From NCBI RefSeq assembly GCF_016127575.1, contig NZ_CP066019.1, positions 450,001-482,000 on the forward strand: a stretch of DNA of 32,000 nucleotides, written 5' to 3'. The translations under genes and the position numbers were made by a program. Under the pieces are notes generated by a model. The model did not search any database. It was given only the letters and a program-made list of their open reading frames with translations, and was not told the origin of the DNA. Positions within the stretch are counted from its first letter, which is position 1. The number at the start of each line of letters is the position of its first letter. The DNA is from Cupriavidus necator (GTDB lineage Bacteria; Pseudomonadota; Gammaproteobacteria; Burkholderiales; Burkholderiaceae). This document shows, one piece after another, positions 21,900 to 30,243 of this stretch.

Positions 21900-23513
21900 T
21901 CAGGCAAGCGCGGTCGGATTGGGGCTGGCGTCGCTGTGCGAGATCATGGTGACCAGCAGCTGGTGCAGCAGCGCCTGGCGCGTGCTTGCCAGCGCTGGCG
22001 CATCCCACAGGTTGTGCGATTCGGTTGGGTCGGTTTCAAGGTCGTAGAGTTCGCCCCACGGCGCGCCTTCGTACACACTGAGCCGATAGCGCGCGGTTTG
22101 CAGCGTCCGCATGCGCGTGCGCATCGGGAAGCCGAACATGGTGCGCTGGTTCTCTTCCTCGATCAGCAGGGCTTCCCGCGGCAATGCCTCGCCGGCGATG
22201 GCGGGCAGCAGCGACAGGCCTTGCATGCCGTTGTAGGGCGCGCAGCCCGCGCGCGCGAGGATCGACGGCGCGATATCGATGCTCGAGCACAGTGCCTGGC
22301 TGCGCGCGGCGCGGGCATCGGTGGCCGTGCGCGCTGCGGGTTCCGACCAGATCAGCGGCGTGCGGATCAGGCCCTGGTAGTGCAGCGGCCCTTTCCAGAG
22401 CAACTGGTGATCGCCGAAGAAGTCGCCATGGTCGCTGGTGAACAGGACCACAGTGTTGCGATCCAGGCCGAGCGCGGCCAGGTGCGCCATCACGCGGCCG
22501 ATGGTGTCGTCGATATGCGCGATCGAGCCATAGTTCAGCGCCAGCGCTTCGCGGGCCTCGCGCGCCGTGCAGGCGAACATCGCCGGCGTATGCTTGACGG
22601 CGCGGCCGGCGTCGCGCTGCGCGTGCATCCAGCGCAGGTGCGGCGGCGCCAGCGCCGGATCGGCGTCGAACGAGGGCGGCAGGGTCATGTCCTCGGGCCG
22701 GTACATGTCCCAGAATCGGCCGGGTGGCGTGAACGGGTGATGGGGATCCGGAAACGAACACTGGATCATGAAGGGGGCGTCCTCCTGCGCGTATTGCCCG
22801 AGCAGGTCAATGGTGCGATCGCCGATCCATGCCGTGGTCGACAGCGTTTCCGGTACGCGCGTGCGCCAGGCCTGCCGCGCTTCGGCCAACACATAGCCAG
22901 GCGTCGGGATGGCATGCTCCTGGCCGCAGGCACGCGCTACTTCGGGATGGCGCTGCTCCAGCCAGCGCCGGTAATGCCCGCCGGCCGTGTCGCCATGGTC
23001 GGTCACCAGCTGCACGTCGGCAAAGCCGTAATACGGCAGGGACATGGCGAAGTCAGGATCGTCGCGCCAGGCCGGTCCCCATTCCTGGTCGAAGCGCCCG
23101 CTTTCAGGCCGGCGCGCTTCGCCCTCCGTGCGCGGATCGCCGGGACGTGGCCAGACGGGCGCAAGGCCGGTCATGTTCTGCAGATGCGATTTGCCGACCA
23201 GCCCCGTGCGATAGCCGGCATCGCGCAACCGCTCGACAAACGTCGTCTGTGACAGCGGCAAGGGAATGCCATTGTGGCGCGCGCCGTGTACCGACGGCAC
23301 GCGCCCGGTCATCAGCGATGCGCGGTTCGGCATGCAGATCGGCGAGGCCACATAGCAGCGCTCTGCCACCCAGCCGTGGCTGCCGAGCCGGTCGATATTG
23401 GGCGTCTGCACCACGGCGTTGCCATAGATGCCGAGATGGTCGGCGCGATGCTGGTCGGTGATGAACAGCAGGAAATTGGGGCGGGCGCTGGCGGGAATGC
23501 TGGACGGGGGCAT
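21900..23513 (-). CDS. sulfatase-family protein (Cys-type CxPxR active site), no signal peptide
   Basis: The N-terminal block PNFLLFITDQHRADHLG and the SPICMPNRASLMTGR motif (C-x-P-x-R) are present. 537 aa. The ORF begins only 11 aa before the first conserved strand. Confidence 0.9.
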   Translation of the reverse strand: MPPSSIPASARPNFLLFITDQHRADHLGIYGNAVVQTPNIDRLGSHGWVAERCYVASPICMPNRASLMTGRVPSVHGARHNGIPLPLSQTTFVERLRDAGYRTGLVGKSHLQNMTGLAPVWPRPGDPRTEGEARRPESGRFDQEWGPAWRDDPDFAMSLPYYGFADVQLVTDHGDTAGGHYRRWLEQRHPEVARACGQEHAIPTPGYVLAEARQAWRTRVPETLSTTAWIGDRTIDLLGQYAQEDAPFMIQCSFPDPHHPFTPPGRFWDMYRPEDMTLPPSFDADPALAPPHLRWMHAQRDAGRAVKHTPAMFACTAREAREALALNYGSIAHIDDTIGRVMAHLAALGLDRNTVVLFTSDHGDFFGDHQLLWKGPLHYQGLIRTPLIWSEPAARTATDARAARSQALCSSIDIAPSILARAGCAPYNGMQGLSLLPAIAGEALPREALLIEEENQRTMFGFPMRTRMRTLQTARYRLSVYEGAPWGELYDLETDPTESHNLWDAPALASTRQALLHQLLVTMISHSDASPNPTALA

Positions 23514-23611
23514 GGCAATGGCGGCTTGCGGGGGATGGAAAAATTATTGCATCGTCCGCGATTCCATTGAAATGATTAATATGACCTCTGCTATAACCTG
23601 AAACTCATACC

Positions 23612-24523
23612 ATGGACTGGACCCAACGGATGCGTATCCGCCAGCTGCATGTGCTGGTGGCGCTACATGAAACCCGCAATGTCAGCCGTACCGCTGCGCG
23701 CCTGAACATGACCCAGCCAGCCCTGTCGCGCTGGCTGGCCGAGCTGGAGAGTGAACTGGGGGTGGCGCTGTTCGAGCGGCATTCGCGCGGCCTGGTGCCG
23801 ACCCGCTTCTGCGAAGCGCTGGTCGTACATGCCCGCACCATCCTCAATGAGATCGAACGCACCCAGGCCACCATTCGCGTGATGGCAGAAGGCGCGGCTG
23901 GGCAACTGGCGATCGGCGCGACGCCAACCGTATCGGTCGACCTGCTGCCGTCGGCGATCAGCCGGTTCCGCGAGCGCTTTCCCGATGCCCACCTGACGCT
24001 GGCAGAGGGCACCGTCGAAGACATGCTGCCGGCCCTGCGCGAAGGACGGCTGGACTTCGTCATGGGGCGTACCGAAGTGCAGGGCATCGACGGCGAGCTG
24101 CGCTGCGACCTGCTATATCCGGAGACCATCCGCGTGATCGCCGGCCCCACGCATCCGCTTGCGCGCAAGCGCAAGGTCGGGTGGGCGGATACGCGCGCCT
24201 ATACCTGGGTGGGGCCGCCCGTGACCAGCCAGATCCGGCGCGAGCTGGACTACGAACTGGCACTGGCCGGCGAACCCGCCCCATGTGTGCGGATCGAGAG
24301 CGCGACGTTGCTTGCCAACGTGTCGCTGCTGCAGCAGGGAGAACTGCTGGCCGTGATGTCAGGCCGGATGGCAGCGTTCTTCAGTCGCCTGGGGCAGGTG
24401 GCGATATTGCGGCTGCCATACCGGCGCGAGGGCATGGTCGGCGTGCTCCGGCGCCGGGACACCGAGCAGACGCCGCTGCGGCAGGCGTTCATGGACGCGC
24501 TGGCTGCCAGCGCGCACGGATAG
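23612..24523 (+). CDS. LysR-family transcriptional regulator
   Basis: HTH reads IRQLHVLVALHETRNVSRTAARLNMTQPALSRWLAELE. It is divergent from the sulfatase-Bug operon. Confidence 0.9.
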   Translation: MDWTQRMRIRQLHVLVALHETRNVSRTAARLNMTQPALSRWLAELESELGVALFERHSRGLVPTRFCEALVVHARTILNEIERTQATIRVMAEGAAGQLAIGATPTVSVDLLPSAISRFRERFPDAHLTLAEGTVEDMLPALREGRLDFVMGRTEVQGIDGELRCDLLYPETIRVIAGPTHPLARKRKVGWADTRAYTWVGPPVTSQIRRELDYELALAGEPAPCVRIESATLLANVSLLQQGELLAVMSGRMAAFFSRLGQVAILRLPYRREGMVGVLRRRDTEQTPLRQAFMDALAASAHG

Positions 24524-24551
24524 TCAGATAGTCAGCAAGGACGCAATCCGG

Positions 24552-25754
24552 CTACCGCGCCGGTTGCCTCGCATCTGGCTCAGGCCCACTCCCCTCCAGC
24601 GCCGCCCCACGCGCCTCCATCGTCCTGCGCGCAATATTGAGCTGGTGGATCTGCGTCGTGCCTTCATACAGCCGGAACAACCGCACATCGCGATAGAAGC
24701 GCTCGGCCACGGTGCGTGCCATATACCCGCTGCCGCCGAACACCTGCACCGCGCGGTCGGCCACGCGGCCGGACATTTCGGAGGCGAACAGCTTGCACAT
24801 CGACGCCTCCATGGTCACGTCCTCGCCGGCGTCGCGCTTGCGCGCGGTGTCGAGCACCAGTGCGCGGGCGGCGTGCAGTTCCGTATTGCTGTCGGCGATC
24901 ATCTGCTGCACCAGCTGGTAGTCCGCGATCGGCTTGCCGAACTGCCGGCGCTGCGCCGCGTAGCGGACCATCTCGTCGACCAGCCGGATGGCGGGCCCCA
25001 CGCACAGGCCGGCCAGGTTGATGCGCTGCTTGTTGAGCGCCTTCATCGCCGTCTTGAAGCCGACATTGGGTTTGCCGCCGACGATGGCGCTGGCCGGCAC
25101 GCGGCAGTCCTTCAGGTAGACATCGCCCACCGGCGAGCCGTGCTGTCCCATCTTGCGTTCCGGTTCGCTGGTGCTGAGGCCCGGGGTGCCGCGCTCGATC
25201 AGGAAGGCGCTGATGCCATGGGCTCCCGGTGTATCGGGATTGGTGCGGGCGAACACGGTGAACAGGTCGGCGATCGGCGCATTGGTGATAAAGCACTTGC
25301 TGCCGTTCAGCACGTAGTGATCGCCGTCTTGCCTTGCGGTGGTTTGCAGTGATGTCGCATCGGAGCCGGCTTCCGGTTCGGTCAGCGCAAAGCAGCCGGT
25401 CACCTTGCCGGAGGCCAGTTGCGGCAGGTAGCGCTGCCGCTGCGCTTCGGTGCCGTCGGCCACCAGCGATTCGGAGGCGATCCCGGTATTACCGCCGAAG
25501 CGGGCACGGAACACGGTGGCGGCCTGCGAGACCTCGATGTTCACCAACGCCAGCTCCTCGGTGGTCAGCCCTGCGCCACCGTACGCTTCGGGGATGCTGT
25601 GGCCGAACAGGCCGAGGCGGCGCATCTGTTCGACCACGGGCTCGGGGATGACATCGGTGCGGTCGATCTCCGCCTCTAGCGGGATGCAGGTTTCGAGCAC
25701 GAAGCGGCGGATATCGGCAAGCAGCGCTTGCTGGCGGGCGGAGTCGCGGATCAT
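24552..25754 (-). CDS. acyl-CoA dehydrogenase family protein
   Basis: 400 aa from ATG 25754 (MIRDSARQQALLADIRRFV…). It contains the ACAD blocks GCFALTEPEAGSD, KCFITNA, and YEGTTQIHQLNIAR near the C-terminus. The upstream part of the track ORF overlaps the Bug gene in a shadow frame. Confidence 0.9.
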   Translation of the reverse strand: MIRDSARQQALLADIRRFVLETCIPLEAEIDRTDVIPEPVVEQMRRLGLFGHSIPEAYGGAGLTTEELALVNIEVSQAATVFRARFGGNTGIASESLVADGTEAQRQRYLPQLASGKVTGCFALTEPEAGSDATSLQTTARQDGDHYVLNGSKCFITNAPIADLFTVFARTNPDTPGAHGISAFLIERGTPGLSTSEPERKMGQHGSPVGDVYLKDCRVPASAIVGGKPNVGFKTAMKALNKQRINLAGLCVGPAIRLVDEMVRYAAQRRQFGKPIADYQLVQQMIADSNTELHAARALVLDTARKRDAGEDVTMEASMCKLFASEMSGRVADRAVQVFGGSGYMARTVAERFYRDVRLFRLYEGTTQIHQLNIARRTMEARGAALEGSGPEPDARQPAR

Positions 25755-25789
25755 GGAATGTTTCCGGTAGGTTGGATGAGCGTGTGCGG

Positions 25790-26788
25790 CTACTGTGCCG
25801 TGATGCCGGCGGTCTTCAGCACGCCGGTCCATTTCTTGGTTTCCGTGTCCAGGAAGCGGTCGAATGCGGCGGTGGATTGCGGTGCCAGGTCCATGCCGAG
25901 TTCGGCCAGGCGGCGTGCCGTGGCGGGGTCCGCGGTGGCCTGCGCGGCGGCCTCGGCCAGCTTGCGCACCACCGCGTCCGGCGTGCCCTGCGGCGCGACC
26001 AGGCCGAACCACCCGCCCACTTCATAGCCGGGCAGGCGCGCGGCCTCGGCCACGGTGGGCACGTCGGGCATCACGGCTGAGCGTTTTGCCGAAGTCACCG
26101 CCAGCGCGCGCAGCTTGCCGCTTTGCACCTGCTGGCGGGCAATGGCCGAGGTCAGCGCCATCATCGAGACGCGCGCGCCCAGCAGGTCGCTCATGGCCTC
26201 GGGCTGGCCCTTGTAGGGCACGTGGGTGAGCTTCACGTGCGTCATCTGCGCCAGCAGTTCGGCCGACAGATGGTTCGAGGTGCCGACGCCCGCGCTGGCG
26301 TAGGTCAGCGTGCCGGGCTTGCTGCGCGCGGCGTCGAGCAGTTCAGGCAGTGTGCGCAGCGGCGACGAAGCCGGCACCACGATCACGTTGGGTACGGCAC
26401 CAATGCCCGCCACCGCGCGGAAGTCCTTGCCGCTCTTGCCCTGGATCGACGGGTTCAGCATCGGCCCGACCACATAGCTGGGGCTGACCGCCAGCAGCGT
26501 ATAGCCGTCGGCGGGTGACCGGGCGACGAAGTCCGCGCCGATGGCGCCGCCGGCGCCGGTCTTGTTCTCGACGATGACGGGCTGCTTCAGTACCTTGGCC
26601 ATGTTCTCCGCGGTGATGCGGGTGACGGAGTCGACCACACCGCCCGCCGAGAACGGCACGATGATCCGTATCGGGTGGTCCGGGAAGCGCGCCGCATTGT
26701 CAGGGGCGGCCAGCACTGGCAGCGGCATCAGCGCGGCGCAGGCCAGCATGCCGGCAGCGAGCCGGCGCAACGGTTGGATGGCATCCAT
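25790..26788 (-). CDS. Bug-family (TctC-like) periplasmic substrate-binding protein
   Basis: Signal peptide …MLACAALMPLPVLAAP, then IRIIVPFSAGGVVD, VENKTGAGG and VPYKGQPEAMSDLLGARVSMM. Strong SD AAGGAGA. Confidence 0.9.
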   Translation of the reverse strand: MDAIQPLRRLAAGMLACAALMPLPVLAAPDNAARFPDHPIRIIVPFSAGGVVDSVTRITAENMAKVLKQPVIVENKTGAGGAIGADFVARSPADGYTLLAVSPSYVVGPMLNPSIQGKSGKDFRAVAGIGAVPNVIVVPASSPLRTLPELLDAARSKPGTLTYASAGVGTSNHLSAELLAQMTHVKLTHVPYKGQPEAMSDLLGARVSMMALTSAIARQQVQSGKLRALAVTSAKRSAVMPDVPTVAEAARLPGYEVGGWFGLVAPQGTPDAVVRKLAEAAAQATADPATARRLAELGMDLAPQSTAAFDRFLDTETKKWTGVLKTAGITAQ

Positions 26789-26910
26789 CTTGTCTCCTTG
26801 GGTTGCCTGCGCCGGGGGATTTCCCGCGGCGCGGTTTCATGCGGGCCTCTGGCGGGCCGCTTGTCATGCCGGCGACATCGCCGGCAGAGTGCATTGCTGC
26901 GTCCTGCCGG

Positions 26911-27756
26911 CTAGCGCGCGCAGCTCAGTTCGATCTGCCGCACCGCCTCGCGCAGCCTTGGCGCCACCTCGCGCTCCAGCATGTTGTCGCGGTTGCGCGA
27001 TGCGGCGATGGTGCAGTTCAGCGCAAACGGGTCTTCGTGCAGCGACTGGCGCACGGGTGCCGCGATCGCGTGGATCTCTGGCCGCCACTCGCCGCGGCTC
27101 AGGCAGTAGCCGTGGGCGCGGAAATGCTTCTGGTCGTCCGTCCACATCTGGCGCTCAACGTTGAAGCGCTCCGGATCGTCCACGCGCAGCCGGTTCAGCA
27201 GCGCCGTGCGCTCGTCTGCGCTGCAGGCCAGCAAGATCGCGCGGCCGATCGCGCTGGCCAGCAGCGGCCGGGTGCTGCCGATGTCCGGCTGGTAGAGGTT
27301 GCCGGGATCCAGCCGGCAACTGTCCACGTACACCACCGACAGCCGCTCGCGCATGCCCAGGTTCACCGTGCAGCCGGTTTCCCGCGCAATGGCCTCCATA
27401 TAAGGCCGCGCCACCTGGCGGATCGCCAGCCCGGCCAGCATCGGGTAGGCCAGCGCCAGCACGCCGGCGCCCAGCCGGTACTTCTGGTTGCCGGGCACGC
27501 GGCTCAGGAAGCCGAGCAGCCCCAGCGTGTAGGTCAGCCGCGACACCGTCGCCTTGGGCAGCCCCGTGCGCGCCACGATGTCCTGGTTGCCCAGCACCGG
27601 GCTGGACGGCGTGAAGGCACGCAGCACCTCCAGCCCGCGCGCCAGGTTGGTGGCGAACTGGCGGTCGGTGGCCAGTGCATCCTCGCTGGCCAGGCCGGGC
27701 AGGGGCAGGTGTTCCGGGTTGCGGTCCATGCTGTGCGGTGGTTGCTTGGGTTCCAT
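26911..27756 (-). CDS. IclR-family transcriptional regulator
   Basis: HTH region reads LARGLEVLRAFTPSSPVLGNQDIVARTGLPKATVSRLTYTLGLLGFL, followed by an IclR effector domain. The start is uncertain: ATG 27756 is preferred, ATG 27729 is possible, and the track's 27921 is unlikely. Confidence 0.85.
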   Translation of the reverse strand: MEPKQPPHSMDRNPEHLPLPGLASEDALATDRQFATNLARGLEVLRAFTPSSPVLGNQDIVARTGLPKATVSRLTYTLGLLGFLSRVPGNQKYRLGAGVLALAYPMLAGLAIRQVARPYMEAIARETGCTVNLGMRERLSVVYVDSCRLDPGNLYQPDIGSTRPLLASAIGRAILLACSADERTALLNRLRVDDPERFNVERQMWTDDQKHFRAHGYCLSRGEWRPEIHAIAAPVRQSLHEDPFALNCTIAASRNRDNMLEREVAPRLREAVRQIELSCAR

Positions 27757-27881
27757 GCTGGGATCCGGAGATGGGGGCGTCAATGTTGTAGCACGACAGT
27801 TCCGCACAGCGAAACCGTGCTTGCATCCGGGCAAGCCGCCTGCCACCTTGCAGCAGACGCCAATGCCGCCGGAGGCCCGCC

Positions 27882-29117
27882 ATGCAAGACCAGGACACAC
27901 ACGCTGTATCGCCAGACGCACACTGCACGGGCCCGCTGGCCGGACTGCGCATCCTGGACATGGCCACCGTGGTGGCCGGCCCGTTTTCCGCCACGCTGTG
28001 TGCCGACATGGGCGCCGATGTGGTCAAGCTCGAGCTGCCCGACGGCAGCGATCCGCTGCGCGGGCTTGAACCGGTTACCGAGGACCACGCCCTGTACTGG
28101 AAGGTGACCAACCGCGGCAAGCGCGGCATCTCGCTCGACGTGCGCACGCCGCGCGGCCGCGAGATCTTCCTGCGCTTGCTGCCCCAGTTCGATGTGCTGG
28201 TCGAGAACTTCCGCACCGGCACGCTCACGCGCTGGGGGCTGGATCTCGACACCCTCCATGCGGCCAACCCGAAGCTGATCGTGCTGCGGCTGACCGGCTT
28301 CGGCCAGACCGGGCCCGATGCGGCGCGGCCCGGCTTTGCCCGCATCTTTGAAGCCAGGAGCGGCTTCACCAACCTGGCGGGCACCGCGCAGAGCGGACCG
28401 ATGCATATGAACTACCCGGTGGGGGACATGATCGCCGGGCTGTTCGGCGCGTTTGCGATTGCCACTGCGGTGGCAGAGCAGCGCGCCAGGCCCGGCCAGC
28501 GCGGCCGCGAGATCGACCTGGCCGCCACCGAGGCGTTGTTCCGCCTGCTGGATCCGCTGGCCATCGAATATGAACAGTTGGGGCATGTGCGCCAGCGCGC
28601 CGGCAACCGCACCACCTACGCGGCGCCGTCCAACATGTACCGCACCGCGGACGAGATCTGGGTCACGGTAGTGGCCTCCTCCGACGCCACCTTCCGCCGG
28701 CTGGCCGAGGCCATGGGCGCACCGCAACTGGCGCAGGCGCCGGAATACGCCACCAACGCCGGGCGCGTGCGCAATATCGAAGCGCTGGACGGCAGCATTG
28801 CCGAGTGGTTTGCCGCACAGCCCTATGCCGCCGTGGCGGCCCGGCTGGAGCAGTGCCAGGTGCCATTCAGCAAGGTATTCAGCATCGCCGATATCGTCGA
28901 CGACCCGCAGATGGCGGCGCGCCAGGCCATCGTGCGGCTGCCCGATCCGGACCTGGGCTCGGTGCCGGCGCCATGCGTGGTGCCGCGCTTCTCGGGCTAT
29001 GCGCCGCCGTCACCGCGTACCGGGCCGGATGTGGGCGAACACAATGCCGAGGTCTATGGGCGGCTTGGTATCGGGGATGAGGAGCTGGTCCGGCTGCGGG
29101 CGGAGGGCGTGGTCTGA
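27882..29117 (+). CDS. class III CoA-transferase (CaiB/BaiF family)
   Basis: GPLAGLRILDMATVVAGPFSATLCADMGADVVKLE…NRGKRGISLDV…ENFRTGTL is the typical family III CoA-transferase N-terminus. GGAGG lies 8 nt upstream of the ATG. Confidence 0.9.
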   Translation: MQDQDTHAVSPDAHCTGPLAGLRILDMATVVAGPFSATLCADMGADVVKLELPDGSDPLRGLEPVTEDHALYWKVTNRGKRGISLDVRTPRGREIFLRLLPQFDVLVENFRTGTLTRWGLDLDTLHAANPKLIVLRLTGFGQTGPDAARPGFARIFEARSGFTNLAGTAQSGPMHMNYPVGDMIAGLFGAFAIATAVAEQRARPGQRGREIDLAATEALFRLLDPLAIEYEQLGHVRQRAGNRTTYAAPSNMYRTADEIWVTVVASSDATFRRLAEAMGAPQLAQAPEYATNAGRVRNIEALDGSIAEWFAAQPYAAVAARLEQCQVPFSKVFSIADIVDDPQMAARQAIVRLPDPDLGSVPAPCVVPRFSGYAPPSPRTGPDVGEHNAEVYGRLGIGDEELVRLRAEGVV

Positions 29118-29135
29118 CACACCGGGCGCGAAGGC

Positions 29136-30065
29136 TCACTCCCCAGTCATCAGCGCCGAGAAGTCCCCCACGATCTGCCGCAACAGCCGTGCCGCCGGCG
29201 GCGACAACACCCGGCCCTGGCGCGACACGGTCTGGATTTCCCCCTGGTAAAGCAGGGGGTTTTTCATTGGCAGCGACACCACGGGCGCCTCGTTAAGCTG
29301 GTTCCACAAGGCCAGGCGCGTACACAGGACGTAGCCAAGCCCCGCCGCCGCGAAGTGCCCCAGCGCATTGAATGACGAGGTGGTCAGCAGCGACTGCAGG
29401 CGCACGCCCTCGCTGATCTCTGCGGCCTCGATGTGCTGGCGCACGCCGAAGGTCCGGTGCAGGGTGGCGCCAGGGTAGGGCAGCAGGTCCTGCAGGTCCA
29501 GCGGCCGGCCCAGCTGCGCCAGCGGGTGCGAGGCCAGCACCTGGGTCTGGATCGGCATCGGATGGGCGTGGTGGCAGCGCAGCCGCGCGTCCTTGGGGGG
29601 CTGGAACACCAGCCCGATATGGGCGCTGCCATCGACAATGCGCTGCACGATCTCGTCGGTGCTGCCCACCGACAGGTCCACCGTGATGCCCGGGTGGGCC
29701 AGCATGAAGGTGCGCAGGCTATGGCGCATCAGCCATTCGACGAAACCTTCGCCCGCCACGATGTCGATATGGCCGCGCGCCACCTTCTGGATGCTGTCGA
29801 GTTCGGCCAGCAACTGCTGCTTCTGGTTGTTCTGGTTGCGGACATAGGCGGCCAGCAGATCGCCCGCCTCGGTGGCAACCACGCCGCGGCCGTGCCGCTC
29901 CAGCAGGCGCGTGCCGCAGTCTTTCTCCAGCACGGCGATGGCCCGGCTGACGGCTGAGGGGTCCATGTCGAGGACTTCGGCGGCGCCGCGGACCGAGCCG
30001 CTGTCGAGCACCTGCATGAAGTAACGCACGCGCCGCGTGTCCAGTTTGTCGTCCATCGAAAGCAC
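29136..30065 (-). CDS. LysR-family transcriptional regulator
   Basis: HTH reads RRVRYFMQVLDSGSVRGAAEVLDMDPSAVSRAIAVLEKD. GTG at 30065 has GGAG + 6 nt upstream; ATG at 30056 is an alternative. It is divergent from the membrane protein / amidohydrolase genes. Confidence 0.9.
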   Translation of the reverse strand: MLSMDDKLDTRRVRYFMQVLDSGSVRGAAEVLDMDPSAVSRAIAVLEKDCGTRLLERHGRGVVATEAGDLLAAYVRNQNNQKQQLLAELDSIQKVARGHIDIVAGEGFVEWLMRHSLRTFMLAHPGITVDLSVGSTDEIVQRIVDGSAHIGLVFQPPKDARLRCHHAHPMPIQTQVLASHPLAQLGRPLDLQDLLPYPGATLHRTFGVRQHIEAAEISEGVRLQSLLTTSSFNALGHFAAAGLGYVLCTRLALWNQLNEAPVVSLPMKNPLLYQGEIQTVSRQGRVLSPPAARLLRQIVGDFSALMTGE

Positions 30066-30243
30066 GTGTCACTCCGGTTGAGCGTTGCATTGAATGCAAC
30101 AAGTTTCCCATATCACGATCATTGATGAAACGCTCAGGCGCCGGAATACTAGCCCGATCCTTCGGTAAGCGGTCAAGATCGAACCGGAATGCCGAAGAGA
30201 GCACGTTTGTGCGACATAAGCAGCCTTCCCGCGGAGACACCCG

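Noticed and set aside
21831-23252. 473-aa plus-strand ORF, and other long ORFs overlapping the sulfatase (22036-22761 minus, 22829-23461 plus)
   Set aside because: They are antisense to, or out of frame with, the sulfatase gene, which carries diagnostic motifs. Their Arg/Ala-rich composition is typical of shadow frames.
24520-24535. Tandem duplication atagtcag-atagtcag at the convergent LysR / acyl-CoA dehydrogenase junction
   Set aside because: There are only two 8-bp copies, and they overlap the LysR stop codon. There is no evident structure or function, so this is likely a trivial slippage scar.
26803-28727. Long overlapping ORFs 26803-28107 (+), 27155-28384 (-) and 27780-28727 (-)
   Set aside because: They overlap the IclR regulator and the CoA-transferase genes in other frames or on the other strand. 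They show no domain-like sequence and have extreme Arg/Ala/Gly content.
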